A DNA stretch of 50,843 nucleotides, taken from an uncultured Burkholderiales bacterium. GTDB lineage: Bacteria > Pseudomonadota > Gammaproteobacteria > Burkholderiales > REEB80. Within the stretch, counting starts at the first letter, position 1. Every line of letters begins with the position of its first letter. Of this stretch, positions 1 through 13,320 are shown piece by piece. Both the position numbers and the translations under genes were made by a program. The stretch is taken from NCBI GenBank assembly GCA_964473355.1, contig CAYYOS010000002.1, positions 1-50,843 of the forward strand, read 5' to 3'. The notes beneath the pieces are model-generated. The model made no database searches, had not been told where the DNA came from, and saw only the letters and a program-made list of their open reading frames with translations.

Positions 1-325
<325 letters not shown>

Positions 326-391
326 CTAGTGTACACAATAGTCTTTGATGAGACCAAGATTTGCCTAATCTTGGGCTCCTGCAACACAGCT

Positions 392-1129
392 TTAAGCCAA
401 TAGCGCCCGCACCGCATCTAAATCCGTTTGCGTATCAACGCCTACCGGTTGGAGCGGTGTAATTACCATGCCTATCGTATGGCCATGCCAAAGGGCACGT
501 AATTGTTCTAAACACTCGATATTCTCCAGGGGCGCTTTTTCTAAAAGCGTGAATTTTTTTAGAAACCCTACGCGGTATGCGTATATTCCGATATGCCGAT
601 ATACCTGCTGCATTTTGTTCCGCGCATCACGTACAAAAGGAATCGGCGCGCGACTAAAATAAAGCGCATGGTAATGAGTATTTAACACCACTTTAACAAT
701 ATTTGGATTCAACCAAAGCGCTTCATCTCGTAAGACGTGGGCGGCGCTGGCCATGCTAATATCTGGATGATCGGTTAAATAAGCCGCCACTTGGGCAATG
801 AGTTTCGGGTCCATCGTGGGCTCATCCCCTTGGACGTTAACCACGATTTCATTGTCTCCCCAGCCCAGACTGGTGACCAACTCTGCGATGCGATCCGTCC
901 CGGAAACATGCGTGTGGAGCGTCAGTGCCGCTCGATAACCATATTGCTCAACCACCGAAATAATCTTCTGTGCATCGGTCGCCACCCATACCTCCTTCGC
1001 GCCCGATGCGTGAGCTTTCTCCAACACATGAATAATCATGGGTTTGCCGGCAATGTCGAGCAGCGGTTTATCCGGTAATCGTGTTGAGGCTAAGCGCGCG
1101 GGGACAACAACGTTAAAAGACGGCAACAC
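392..1129 (-). CDS. kdsB: 3-deoxy-manno-octulosonate cytidylyltransferase (CMP-KDO synthetase)
   Basis: 245-aa ORF with N-terminus VVPARLASTRLPDKPLLDIAGKPMI, NVQGDEP and RHIGIYAYR motifs typical of KdsB. It sits in the conserved lpxK-ycaR-kdsB context. GTG start. Confidence 0.95.
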   Translation of the reverse strand: MLPSFNVVVPARLASTRLPDKPLLDIAGKPMIIHVLEKAHASGAKEVWVATDAQKIISVVEQYGYRAALTLHTHVSGTDRIAELVTSLGWGDNEIVVNVQGDEPTMDPKLIAQVAAYLTDHPDISMASAAHVLRDEALWLNPNIVKVVLNTHYHALYFSRAPIPFVRDARNKMQQVYRHIGIYAYRVGFLKKFTLLEKAPLENIECLEQLRALWHGHTIGMVITPLQPVGVDTQTDLDAVRALLA

Positions 1130-1146
1130 TATTGGAAACTTGGTTC

Positions 1147-1326
1147 TTAAACTTCTTCTTCAGCAGGCAGCTTGCGCGCCTCCTCTTCTAACATAATCGG
1201 AATATCGTCCTTAACTTGATACGCGAGACGATCCGCTTTGCAAATGAGTTCGTTCTCACTTTTTTTGTAAAGCAGCGGGCCCTTGCAGACGGGGCACACT
1301 AAAATTTCAAGCAGCTTGGGATCCAT
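1147..1326 (-). CDS. ycaR: Trm112/YcaR-family small zinc-ribbon-like protein (59 aa)
   Basis: Below the 60-aa cutoff of the ORF track; found by hand translation. Sequence: [59 protein letters not shown]. The [14 protein letters not shown] ... AYxxxDGIPxML pattern is the UPF0434/Trm112 signature. Its position between lpxK and kdsB matches E. coli. Its first 20 nt overlap the lpxK 3' end. Confidence 0.85.
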   Translation of the reverse strand: MDPKLLEILVCPVCKGPLLYKKSENELICKADRLAYQVKDDIPIMLEEEARKLPAEEEV

Positions 1327-2317
1327 GATAATTCCTTATGTTTTGCAGTAATTTTACGCTAAACCCCGCTTCCATGCGCGCCTCAACCTTTAAGAACCAG
1401 CACTTCTCTGTGGCAAAGCCAAAGCATTTCACCGCATCTTTCTCGGTCATTAATATAATCTCGGCATCCAGTTCTAGGTCTTCAGCGTTAAATCGATAAT
1501 GATCGGGATACGCATGCTCTACAAAAACCAGACCCAACGCTTGCAAATGGGAAAAAAAGCGCTGCGGGTTACCAATCCCTGCGATGGCGTGAATTTTATT
1601 CCCCCGAAATGCGGTCGCCTTCTCGCAACGTTCAGGAACGGCCAGATTATAAAATATATCCCCCACCAACGACATCTGGTACTGGTCTTTATCCTTGGTC
1701 GGCCCATTAACAACCACCGCGTCCAAATTTTTTAAGCGCGACATCGGCTCCCGCAGTGGCCCCGCAGGCAAGAGCTTACCGTTGCCAAATAAACGTTCGC
1801 CATCCACCACCGCAATTTCCATATCACGCTGAAGTCGATAATGCTGCAAGCCGTCATCGCTGATCAGCACGTTACACTGAGGATTTGCTTTTAAAAGTGC
1901 ATGAGCGGCCGCCACACGATCTCGTCCTACCCAAACGGGGCAACGGCTGGCCTTAGCCATAAGCAAGGGTTCATCGCCGACCTCATCGGGGTTGCTGCCC
2001 GCATGCACTTGCTGCGGCGCAATATTATGGCCGCGATAACCTCGGCTGATAATTCCCGGGCATAAACGCTGCTCGCGCAGTAAGCGGGCTATCCATAAGG
2101 TTAGCGGGGTTTTTCCAGTGCCCCCCACCGTAATGTTGCCTACAACCACCACCGGAAGCGACAGCTTATAAGAACGCAGCAAACCGCAGCGGTAAAAAAA
2201 ACGACGCGCAGCCGCAACCGCACCAAATACCATGCTCAACGGTCCAAGTATCACTTGCCAGGCACTATTCGTTTGCCACTCGTGCTGTAGCCAATGCTCA
2301 AGCGAGCGTTTAGTCAT
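1307..2317 (-). CDS. lpxK: Tetraacyldisaccharide 4'-kinase
   Basis: 336-aa ORF with the Walker A-like [17 protein letters not shown] motif characteristic of LpxK. Adjacent to ycaR/kdsB. Confidence 0.95.
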   Translation of the reverse strand: MTKRSLEHWLQHEWQTNSAWQVILGPLSMVFGAVAAARRFFYRCGLLRSYKLSLPVVVVGNITVGGTGKTPLTLWIARLLREQRLCPGIISRGYRGHNIAPQQVHAGSNPDEVGDEPLLMAKASRCPVWVGRDRVAAAHALLKANPQCNVLISDDGLQHYRLQRDMEIAVVDGERLFGNGKLLPAGPLREPMSRLKNLDAVVVNGPTKDKDQYQMSLVGDIFYNLAVPERCEKATAFRGNKIHAIAGIGNPQRFFSHLQALGLVFVEHAYPDHYRFNAEDLELDAEIILMTEKDAVKCFGFATEKCWFLKVEARMEAGFSVKLLQNIRNYHGSQAA

Positions 2318-2319
2318 GC

Positions 2320-3438
2320 TTAATCCCAGTCAAACACATTTTGCAATAGCGTTGCATTCATTTCCACGCTCAAGCGTCGCTCCTCCCAAAAAAAGCGACG
2401 TGCCGTGTCGGCCATCTTGCGGGCCAAAATAGGATTATCACAATAAGCCTGCCACTTTTCCAGTATCAGCGATTCAGAGTCTAATTCGATCACGGCATCC
2501 GCCAATATTTTTTTTGGTAGCATCGTCGCATCTTTTATACTCATGGCGCTGCCGCCTGCCATTGCCTGCCAAAAAATCATCTCGGTCATATTAAAAAAAT
2601 GTGCTGCGGTGACGCAGGCGGCAACCGCTGGCAGCCATTTTAAATCATCCACCCGTACGACAGATCCCGCAGGAATAGGCGTACGTTGCCACGTAGCCAG
2701 GCGAATGCTCTCACCTGAAGCCCCCGCGCCACTTATAAATAACACGTCTAGGGGAAATTTATCATTAAAGCTTTTTATAAACTCCCGCGTAAATTTACGA
2801 TCATCAGCATGCAGCCACCACAGTCGCCGGTCTTGGTCACCGTTGATGAGGCTTTTAAGATTAGGGTCAACCTGCGCCTCGCTGAGTAAACTAAAGAAAT
2901 CAACCGCAGGATAGAGTTGAGACGTTTTCCAGCCTCGCGCTTGTAGTTCGGTGGCGGGACATATGCTATCAAATGTGGTATCCACCTGGTATTCATTGTC
3001 TGCCGCAATCACCATCTTATGCGGAATGGTTTGTAGGGCGCGGCTTAAGTTCGGTTTGGGCGGGGCGCCCGCAAAAAGGATGGCAAAGGGTTTGAGTTTG
3101 CTAATAGCGCGTGTAATACTCGCGGAGTAATCGCTGGGCCCGTAGCCCCAACCCATTTTTTTTAAGCCGCTTAAAGGCTCAAGAAGGGAGCGATATTCGC
3201 GTTCGAACGTTAGCACCAGCCGCACGTCCAGTCGTTTTTCACGTATCGCTCGTGCCACTTCCACGCCTAAGCGTACGCTGGCTGCGCTGCTGCCGGTGAC
3301 TATCCAAATGAGTTTGCCTTGGGCTTGTGGCGCATTGAGCCATCCCCAGCGGGCATTGGCGCGCGCCGTATTGCCGGTTAATCTATCGCGCAAATCGCAG
3401 TAGAGTAGTGTAGGGAGAAAGGAACCGTAAGGATTCAA
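2320..3438 (-). CDS. Hypothetical protein with distant WaaA/KdtA-like (Kdo transferase) architecture; canonical motifs degenerate
   Basis: 372-aa ORF ending 3 nt upstream of the lpxK start. A manual alignment to E. coli WaaA gives colinear but weak matches. RWGWL...GKLIWIVTGSSAASVRLGVEVARAIREK aligns with RWGERYG...GIMLHSVSVGETLAAIPLVRALRHR. KPFAILFAGAPPKPNL aligns with DPKLVLIMETELWPNL. The C-terminal GGHNPLE-type motif is not recognisable. The call is tentative. Confidence 0.4.
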   Translation of the reverse strand: MNPYGSFLPTLLYCDLRDRLTGNTARANARWGWLNAPQAQGKLIWIVTGSSAASVRLGVEVARAIREKRLDVRLVLTFEREYRSLLEPLSGLKKMGWGYGPSDYSASITRAISKLKPFAILFAGAPPKPNLSRALQTIPHKMVIAADNEYQVDTTFDSICPATELQARGWKTSQLYPAVDFFSLLSEAQVDPNLKSLINGDQDRRLWWLHADDRKFTREFIKSFNDKFPLDVLFISGAGASGESIRLATWQRTPIPAGSVVRVDDLKWLPAVAACVTAAHFFNMTEMIFWQAMAGGSAMSIKDATMLPKKILADAVIELDSESLILEKWQAYCDNPILARKMADTARRFFWEERRLSVEMNATLLQNVFDWD

Positions 3439-3517
3439 ATGGGTAAAAATGACTAAGCGAACGACAACGTTAAATCATTTCTGGGAATTCTGAAACTATT
3501 GCTCGCCAAGGAACGAT

Positions 3518-3542
3518 CTTCTCTGACTGCCGTCCAGAGAAG
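3518..3542 (+). promoter_or_regulatory. 8-bp perfect inverted repeat (cttctctg-N9-cagagaag) upstream of the aldo/keto reductase RBS; possible operator or 5' hairpin
   Basis: The arms 3518-3525 and 3535-3542 are exact reverse complements. The repeat lies in the divergent intergenic region, 16 nt upstream of the AGGAGG (3558-3563) that precedes the GTG at 3569. A TATATT hexamer follows at about 3543-3548. No functional evidence. Confidence 0.25.
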
Positions 3543-3568
3543 TATATTTACTCAAATAGGAGGACCAA

Positions 3569-4468
3569 GTGCGTTTACCCCGCCGCCAATTTCTTAAACT
3601 GCTTGCAGGTATTGGTTCCACTGCGGCCTTACATTCTCGTATGGCTTTCGCGCAACCCGTCATTAGTAAAGCCATTCCGTCCTCGGGTGAACGCATACCG
3701 GCAATTGGTCTAGGCACATGGCTTACTTTTGACGTGAGCGATGCTGCCTTAGCACAAACCAGGTTGTTACCGGTGTTACAAACCTTTTTTGATCACGGCG
3801 GCGCCCTTATCGATTCTTCCCCTATGTATGGGGCATCGGAGGAAGTCATCGGCGACCTGCTGCCCTTAGTTAAAAATAAGCCCGCCTTATTTGCCGCTTC
3901 CAAGGTGTGGACCATGGGTCAAAACCGCGGCGTAAACCAAATGGAGACTTCCCGCAAACTCTGGGGTGTCTCTCGCTTCGATCTCATGCACATTCACAAT
4001 ATGTTGGATTGGGAAACGCATTTGGAAACACTTAAAAAATGGAAAAGCGAAGGACGTATTCGCTATATCGGCGTTACTACCTCACATGGGCGGCGTCATG
4101 AAGAGATGGAAAAAGTCATGGCGAAAGAGCCGATTGATTTCGTGCAATTTACTTACAACGTTATTGACCGCGAGGCCGAACAACGTTTGCTACCGTTGGC
4201 AGCGGAACGCGGCCTCGGGGTGATTATAAATCGACCTTTTCAAGGCGGGGCATTGTTTAGCCGCGTTAGAAACACCCCCCTCCCCGCCTGGGCGGCAGAA
4301 TTTGATTGCCGTAACTGGGCGCAGTATTTTTTGAAATTTATCATTGCGCATCCTGCTGTTACCTGTGCTATCCCCGCTACTTCCCAAGCACGCCACGTGT
4401 TAGAAAATATGGGTGCGGGCTTAGGGCGCCTGCCCGACGCTGCGACACGCCGACGCATGGTGCTTTAG
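3569..4468 (+). CDS. Aldo/keto reductase family oxidoreductase with twin-arginine (Tat) signal peptide
   Basis: 299-aa ORF with a GTG start 5 nt after AGGAGG. The N-terminus MRLPRRQFLKLLAGIGSTAALHSRMAFA has an RRxFLK Tat motif, a hydrophobic core and an AxA site. The body has AKR-like segments (IPAIGLGTW, IDSSPMYG, RYIGVT, FVQFTYNV, GLGVIINRPFQGG). Confidence 0.85.
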   Translation: MRLPRRQFLKLLAGIGSTAALHSRMAFAQPVISKAIPSSGERIPAIGLGTWLTFDVSDAALAQTRLLPVLQTFFDHGGALIDSSPMYGASEEVIGDLLPLVKNKPALFAASKVWTMGQNRGVNQMETSRKLWGVSRFDLMHIHNMLDWETHLETLKKWKSEGRIRYIGVTTSHGRRHEEMEKVMAKEPIDFVQFTYNVIDREAEQRLLPLAAERGLGVIINRPFQGGALFSRVRNTPLPAWAAEFDCRNWAQYFLKFIIAHPAVTCAIPATSQARHVLENMGAGLGRLPDAATRRRMVL

Positions 4469-4587
4469 GTTACTGCATTCCTTGCGCGCTGTTCCGCTAA
4501 CTTAGCGAGATGCACCATAGCTTGACTGAAAAAGTTTGACACGCGCTTGGATATCGCAAACCTCGCGAGCCCTGGCTAAGCAAACTT

Positions 4588-4914
4588 TTATTTCACAACT
4601 AAGCTATTTTTTACCCGCTTTACCCCCGGCGTTTTCCCTGCAATTGCCGCTGCGCGGCGCATCTGTCCTTCATCCCCCACTACGCCCTTTAGCACTACCT
4701 CGCCGGATTTTGACTCCACGCTGATAGCGGCGGTTTTTAATTCTATATCTGCGGAAAAGCCACTTTTTATTTTACTGATGATTAAATTATCGTCGAAGTA
4801 CGGTTTAGGTTTTTCTACCACGGGTGGAATATCTGGCGCCGGCATAGGGACGGGGGTGTATTGCGTCGCGCAACCCGCTAACATCAGTAAAAGAACTACA
4901 ATAATTCTAGGCAT
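4588..4914 (-). CDS. BON-domain lipoprotein
   Basis: 108-aa ORF. The N-terminus MPRIIVVLLLMLAGCA has a lipobox (LAGC). The C-terminal part (AAISVESKSGEVVLKGVVGDEGQMRRAAAIAGKTPGVKRVKNSLVV) matches the BON-domain pattern. It overlaps the miaA stop by 8 nt. Confidence 0.8.
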   Translation of the reverse strand: MPRIIVVLLLMLAGCATQYTPVPMPAPDIPPVVEKPKPYFDDNLIISKIKSGFSADIELKTAAISVESKSGEVVLKGVVGDEGQMRRAAAIAGKTPGVKRVKNSLVVK

Positions 4915-5812
4915 GATGTAACTCCTTTTTTAAATAGGCTTCTACCTCCTTTTCAACTGCCGGTTTGAGGCAATCGAATTCTTGGATTTTCATTCCCCGT
5001 AGCCAAGTTAATTGGCGCTTCGCCAATTGGCGTGTTGCGGCGATGGCTTTTTCGCTTAATGCGGACGCGTCCAACTCGCCTTGTAAATATTGCCAAACCT
5101 GGCGATAGCCTACTGAGCGCATGGACGGCAAATTCGCGCTAAGTGCATAGGCCTTACGTAACGCTTCAACTTCTTTAATTAATCCTTGATCCAGCATGAT
5201 TTGAAAACGCGCTGCAATACGTTTATGCAGCACCGTTCGATCGCTCGGGATTAGCCCCACCTGGATATAACGATGGGTGCTCGGAATGTCACGCTTACTC
5301 TGTAAGGCAGACAAAGGTTGGCCCGTTAAATAGTTTACCTCCAGCGCGCGCTGAATCCGCTGCGCGTCTGCGGGGTTGATTTTTTCTGCCGTGGTGGGAT
5401 CCACTTTTTCTAGTTCGGCATGCAGGCTCTGCCAACCAGCGCGACGGGCTTGTTCGTCTATTTTTGCTCGTAACGCTTCGTCTCGTCCGGGTAAATCCGA
5501 CAGGCCTTTTAGCAATGCCGAAAAATACAGCATGGTGCCGCCTACTAACAGCGGTATCTTTCCGCGCTGGGTAATTTCCTGCATTACGGAAGTCGCGTCC
5601 TTACAAAATCGGGCGGCAGAATAACTTTCCGTGGGCTCCAGAATATTAAGTAAGTGGTGCGGCGTTTCTAAGCGGGTTTGCCTATCGGGTTTTGCGGTCC
5701 CAATATCCATGCCCTTATAAATCTGCGCTGAATCAACGCTAATAATCTCCAGCGGCAATATTTTCGTTAAGGCTATGGCTATGGCGGTTTTGCCGCTGGC
5801 TGTTGGGCCCAT
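4907..5812 (-). CDS. miaA: tRNA dimethylallyltransferase
   Basis: GPTASGKTAIAIAL P-loop, SVDSAQIYKGMDIGTAKP, and the conserved HHLLNI and GGTMLYF motifs. The start is uncertain: the listed ATG sits immediately before the P-loop (see findings). Confidence 0.92.
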   Translation of the reverse strand: MGPTASGKTAIAIALTKILPLEIISVDSAQIYKGMDIGTAKPDRQTRLETPHHLLNILEPTESYSAARFCKDATSVMQEITQRGKIPLLVGGTMLYFSALLKGLSDLPGRDEALRAKIDEQARRAGWQSLHAELEKVDPTTAEKINPADAQRIQRALEVNYLTGQPLSALQSKRDIPSTHRYIQVGLIPSDRTVLHKRIAARFQIMLDQGLIKEVEALRKAYALSANLPSMRSVGYRQVWQYLQGELDASALSEKAIAATRQLAKRQLTWLRGMKIQEFDCLKPAVEKEVEAYLKKELHHA

Positions 5813-5888
5813 TAAACAGATGGCGGGCGGAGTTTTACCTCCGCCCCTAGTCTCCCCTGTTAGCGGGTCAGGAAGCGCCGTTATCGGG

Positions 5889-6188
5889 TTAAGGGGGATT
5901 TTTGAGATGAGTTTTAGGCTCTTCTAGAACTTGAAAAAAAACTTCGTCCGGGCGCACCATGCCCAGCTCATTTCGCGCGCGCTCTTCAATCGCTTCATAA
6001 CCGGTTTTAAGATCTTTTACTTCGGCCTCAAGCGTATCATTGCGTGCTTTTAACCCACGATTGGTTAATTTTTGTGCGTCCAGCTGCCGATTAATTTCTG
6101 AGACGCGCAGCCAACTGCCTTTGCCTATCCACAGTGGATATTGCAAGGCGACCAGTAAAATGACCAGCGCTGCGGTTAACCAGCGCAT
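5889..6188 (-). CDS. ftsB: Cell division protein FtsB (septum formation initiator)
   Basis: 99 aa with an N-terminal TM ([17 protein letters not shown]) followed by a coiled coil and ...[24 protein letters not shown], the FtsB signature. It lies directly downstream of eno, as in many gammaproteobacteria. Confidence 0.9.
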   Translation of the reverse strand: MRWLTAALVILLVALQYPLWIGKGSWLRVSEINRQLDAQKLTNRGLKARNDTLEAEVKDLKTGYEAIEERARNELGMVRPDEVFFQVLEEPKTHLKNPP

Positions 6189-6207
6189 CTAGTACTCCTC
6201 ATTTTAC

Positions 6208-7770
<1,563 letters not shown>

Positions 7771-7786
7771 TTACGATTGGATTTCA

Positions 7787-10319
<2,533 letters not shown>

Positions 10320-10426
10320 TCAAAAGCCGATCGGCTCCAAATGGAGGAGAAGGCAAAAGGCGAAAACCAAAAGTGACAAGGCAAAATAAAGGCCCGCCGA
10401 CGAGGTAAGTCGCGTGTAGCCTATAG

Positions 10427-12556
10427 CTAAAATTCGTGGCGTAACGCTAAGCCCAACAGAAAATTTCGCCCCGGCGCGGGCTCAAAATAACGCTGATTGC
10501 TTTCGTTGACGATAACGGCGCCTATGTAGTTTTTGTTAAAAAGATTATCGATGCGTAAGAATTCTTTAAGCTGCCAGCCGGAGAAATTTTGCTCAAACCC
10601 CAGCCGAAAATTGGCCATACCATAAGCCGCGGCAGATTGAGAATTGACATCGTTAACCATGACGGTCGATTGATAGCGGGCTTCCAGTGCCGCGTAAAAG
10701 CCCGACGACGACTGCCACAAAAACTCTGAGTGAAAAATGAAGTGCGGAATCCCCGGGATCCGGTTGCCCGCTGCCACCAAGGTGGGGGCGGTGCAGGGAA
10801 CCGTGGCACAACTAAAAAACTGATTTTTATACACTGCGTCCAGATAGGTTGCGGCGCTGCTCAAGGAAAAACCGTTGCCCCACCTGTAATCCAATGACAG
10901 CTCTGCTCCCAGGCGTTGGGTAGCTCCGCCATTTTGAAATACAGATCTGCCCCCACTATTACTGGCCACCATAATCTCATTTTCACTGTCTATCCTGAAC
11001 AAGGCAGCATTGAATTTATGTTTCTCGCCCAAGATCTTTAGGCCTGCCTCGTAATGACGGCTTTTTGCCGCCTCTAAGTCAAAATTTAATCCGCTTAACC
11101 CGTTGTTGCGATAGCTAAGCTCATTAAAAGTAGGCGTCTCGAAACCGCGGCCAACACTCGCGTAGACGTTTACTAGGGGATTAAGATGGTAGACGATGCC
11201 GGCAACCGGCGAAACATCAGTAAATTTGGTTTGCCCGCTGTCGTCGGGGTTGGTGTTAGTAATGTATCTGTCGGAGGATTTAAATTTTACTTGGGTGGCA
11301 CGCAAGCCGCCGCTTAGAGCCATTTTCGGAGTGATCTGCCATTCAATTTGGGCAAACTGGTTGGCACCTGAAACTCGATCGTCTTCATCGCGGCGTAGCG
11401 CCCCCAGTACACCGGTTCGGCCACCGCTAAAATTTTGATAACCTCGGCGACGCTCATTACTAGTCTCGAAATTTACACCTGAGGTAATAACTAATGGACG
11501 CTCTGAAAAAGTTGCGGTATGCGTCCAGCGCAAATCTATTCCGCCAAAATCACGGTCCAAATCGATGACACCCCCCGAATGCAAGGGATTGTTTTGTGCT
11601 GCAATGGGTACCGCCAAAAACTGCCGCACCTCGCGTAATCCGTAATGTCCCGTGATTTTAAGCTTATTGCGCTCATCCCCATCTTGCTCATACACGAGAC
11701 CTAATTGCTGGTTGCTCACATCTTTACGGGTATTAAACAAAATAGCCGCGGCATCCGCCTGAGACGGGTCGGCCGCTACCTGGGCCTGGCTTAAGCCCAG
11801 CGGATCTTGCGTTCCAGGCTGACGGAGCGTATTCGCTATCAAGCTTAAGCTGCCGCCATCTCCCAGTGGAAATTTAAACTTAGCATTGAGTTGTTGACGT
11901 TCGGCACGACTATGCTCGCGAAAACCATCCGTTTTAAAAAAGGTGGCGCTTACCACCATATCAGCGCCCGTTTTAGCGCCCACGTTTAAATTGAATTGCT
12001 GGCTGGCAAAACTTCCTGTCGCCAGATGAGAAGTGAACGTGGGCTGCTCTGGCGCTTCTTCACTGAACACATGAATAATCCCGCCCGCTGCGTTTCCGTA
12101 TAAAGCGGAAAATGGTCCCCGTAACACTTCAATGCGATTCGCCGAGGGTAGATCAAAAATGCCCGTCTGCCCTTGTCCATCCGGCATGGTAGCCGGAATA
12201 CCGTCCGCATAAAGACGTACCCCGCGCACACCAAAAGGGGATCGCGCGCCAAAGCCACGTACAGAAACCTGGATATCTTGGGCGTAATTTTGGCGATTTT
12301 GTGCAACAACCCCCGGCACCCGCCCCAACGTTTCTGAAATATTCAATTGCGGCTGGCCGCGCTGCAAGACGGTGCGCTCGACTACGTCATGGCTTACGGG
12401 TTGATCAAACCCCGGAAGAACTATCGGCGGGGCCCGAACGATTTGCGGCTCAAGCTCCGTAATGCCCTGCGCCTTGATGGAACAGCTAAAGGCCAGCGCT
12501 ACCCAAAATAGATTTTGCGAGCGGCTGTCTATTATTTTTCTGCCTTTACTGGGCAC
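10427..12556 (-). CDS. TonB-dependent outer-membrane receptor (substrate unknown)
   Basis: 709 aa with a signal peptide (LFWVALAFSCSIKAQG). Plug-domain motifs (VPGVVAQNRQNYAQDIQVSVRGFGARSPFGVRGVRLYADGIP, EVLRGPFSALYGNAAGG). Long beta-barrel region ending in a terminal aromatic residue (...LRHEF). Confidence 0.9.
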   Translation of the reverse strand: MPSKGRKIIDSRSQNLFWVALAFSCSIKAQGITELEPQIVRAPPIVLPGFDQPVSHDVVERTVLQRGQPQLNISETLGRVPGVVAQNRQNYAQDIQVSVRGFGARSPFGVRGVRLYADGIPATMPDGQGQTGIFDLPSANRIEVLRGPFSALYGNAAGGIIHVFSEEAPEQPTFTSHLATGSFASQQFNLNVGAKTGADMVVSATFFKTDGFREHSRAERQQLNAKFKFPLGDGGSLSLIANTLRQPGTQDPLGLSQAQVAADPSQADAAAILFNTRKDVSNQQLGLVYEQDGDERNKLKITGHYGLREVRQFLAVPIAAQNNPLHSGGVIDLDRDFGGIDLRWTHTATFSERPLVITSGVNFETSNERRRGYQNFSGGRTGVLGALRRDEDDRVSGANQFAQIEWQITPKMALSGGLRATQVKFKSSDRYITNTNPDDSGQTKFTDVSPVAGIVYHLNPLVNVYASVGRGFETPTFNELSYRNNGLSGLNFDLEAAKSRHYEAGLKILGEKHKFNAALFRIDSENEIMVASNSGGRSVFQNGGATQRLGAELSLDYRWGNGFSLSSAATYLDAVYKNQFFSCATVPCTAPTLVAAGNRIPGIPHFIFHSEFLWQSSSGFYAALEARYQSTVMVNDVNSQSAAAYGMANFRLGFEQNFSGWQLKEFLRIDNLFNKNYIGAVIVNESNQRYFEPAPGRNFLLGLALRHEF

Positions 12557-13320
12557 ATGCTTATCTGACGTACCCGTTCAAAACAACATACTGCAGCAGC
12601 AGCTGCCGCATTCAATGATTCAATTTTACCCGGCATAGGTATGCTAACCTGGTCATGCGCCAGCGATTGCGCAGTGAGCGACACGCCTGCGCCTTCGTTG
12701 CCAAATACAAAGGCTACCTCTCCGGTTAGGTCGCAATTAAATATGGAATTAGTAGCGGCGGCGGTGGTGGCATAGGTTTTTCCGGGGAATGTGGAAAGAA
12801 TTTTGGCGATATCTACATTCTCAAAAATTTCCACGCTAAAATGTGCACCCATGCTGCCGCGCAGCGCTTTAGGGGACCAAACGTCGGCGCATTCATATAA
12901 ATAAACCTGAGCAGCCCCTGCGGCGGCTGCAGTGCGTATCATCGATCCGACATTTCCCGGGTCTTGTATGCCTTCCAACACGACACAAAATTCCCCAAAT
13001 TTTTTTTGCTGCGCCCGGGGGATCTCTATGAGGCTTAAATAACCATCGGGATGTTCCAAGCTCGATACCTGCGCATACAAAGCCGGGCTAAATTCAAATA
13101 CAGCAATGCCATGCCCTCCCAGGGACTCCAGGCGCTGTTTGTTTAGCCCCTTGCCGGAACAAATTAGTGCTCGCGGATTCAATCCCAGTGCTAAATAAGT
13201 TTGCAATAGCGTATAACCTTCCAACAAGGTTAAGCCCGCTTTGCGACGTTCTTTCGCGGCGCTACTCAATTTCTTTAACTGTTTAAATAAGGGATTATGC
13301 AACGAAGAAATTTGGCGCAT
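12532..13320 (-). CDS. TrmH/SpoU-family RNA 2'-O-methyltransferase (RlmB-like)
   Basis: C-terminal SpoU motifs (LEGIQDPGNVGSMIRTAAAAG, VFGNEGAGVS, IPMPGKIESLNAAAAAAV). The start was chosen at MRQISSLHNPLFKQLKKL (ATG complement 13318-13320), which overlaps the upstream gene's TAA by 1 nt. The ORF track extends 24 codons further. Confidence 0.85.
   Translation of the reverse strand: MRQISSLHNPLFKQLKKLSSAAKERRKAGLTLLEGYTLLQTYLALGLNPRALICSGKGLNKQRLESLGGHGIAVFEFSPALYAQVSSLEHPDGYLSLIEIPRAQQKKFGEFCVVLEGIQDPGNVGSMIRTAAAAGAAQVYLYECADVWSPKALRGSMGAHFSVEIFENVDIAKILSTFPGKTYATTAAATNSIFNCDLTGEVAFVFGNEGAGVSLTAQSLAHDQVSIPMPGKIESLNAAAAAAVCCFERVRQISMCPVKAEK

Noticed and set aside
10325-10336. Palindrome agccgatcggct followed by TTT on the minus strand, considered as a possible terminator after the TonB receptor gene or a pyrG leader element.
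   Set aside because: The stem is effectively only 4-5 bp with a minimal loop and a short U tract. This is too weak to call.
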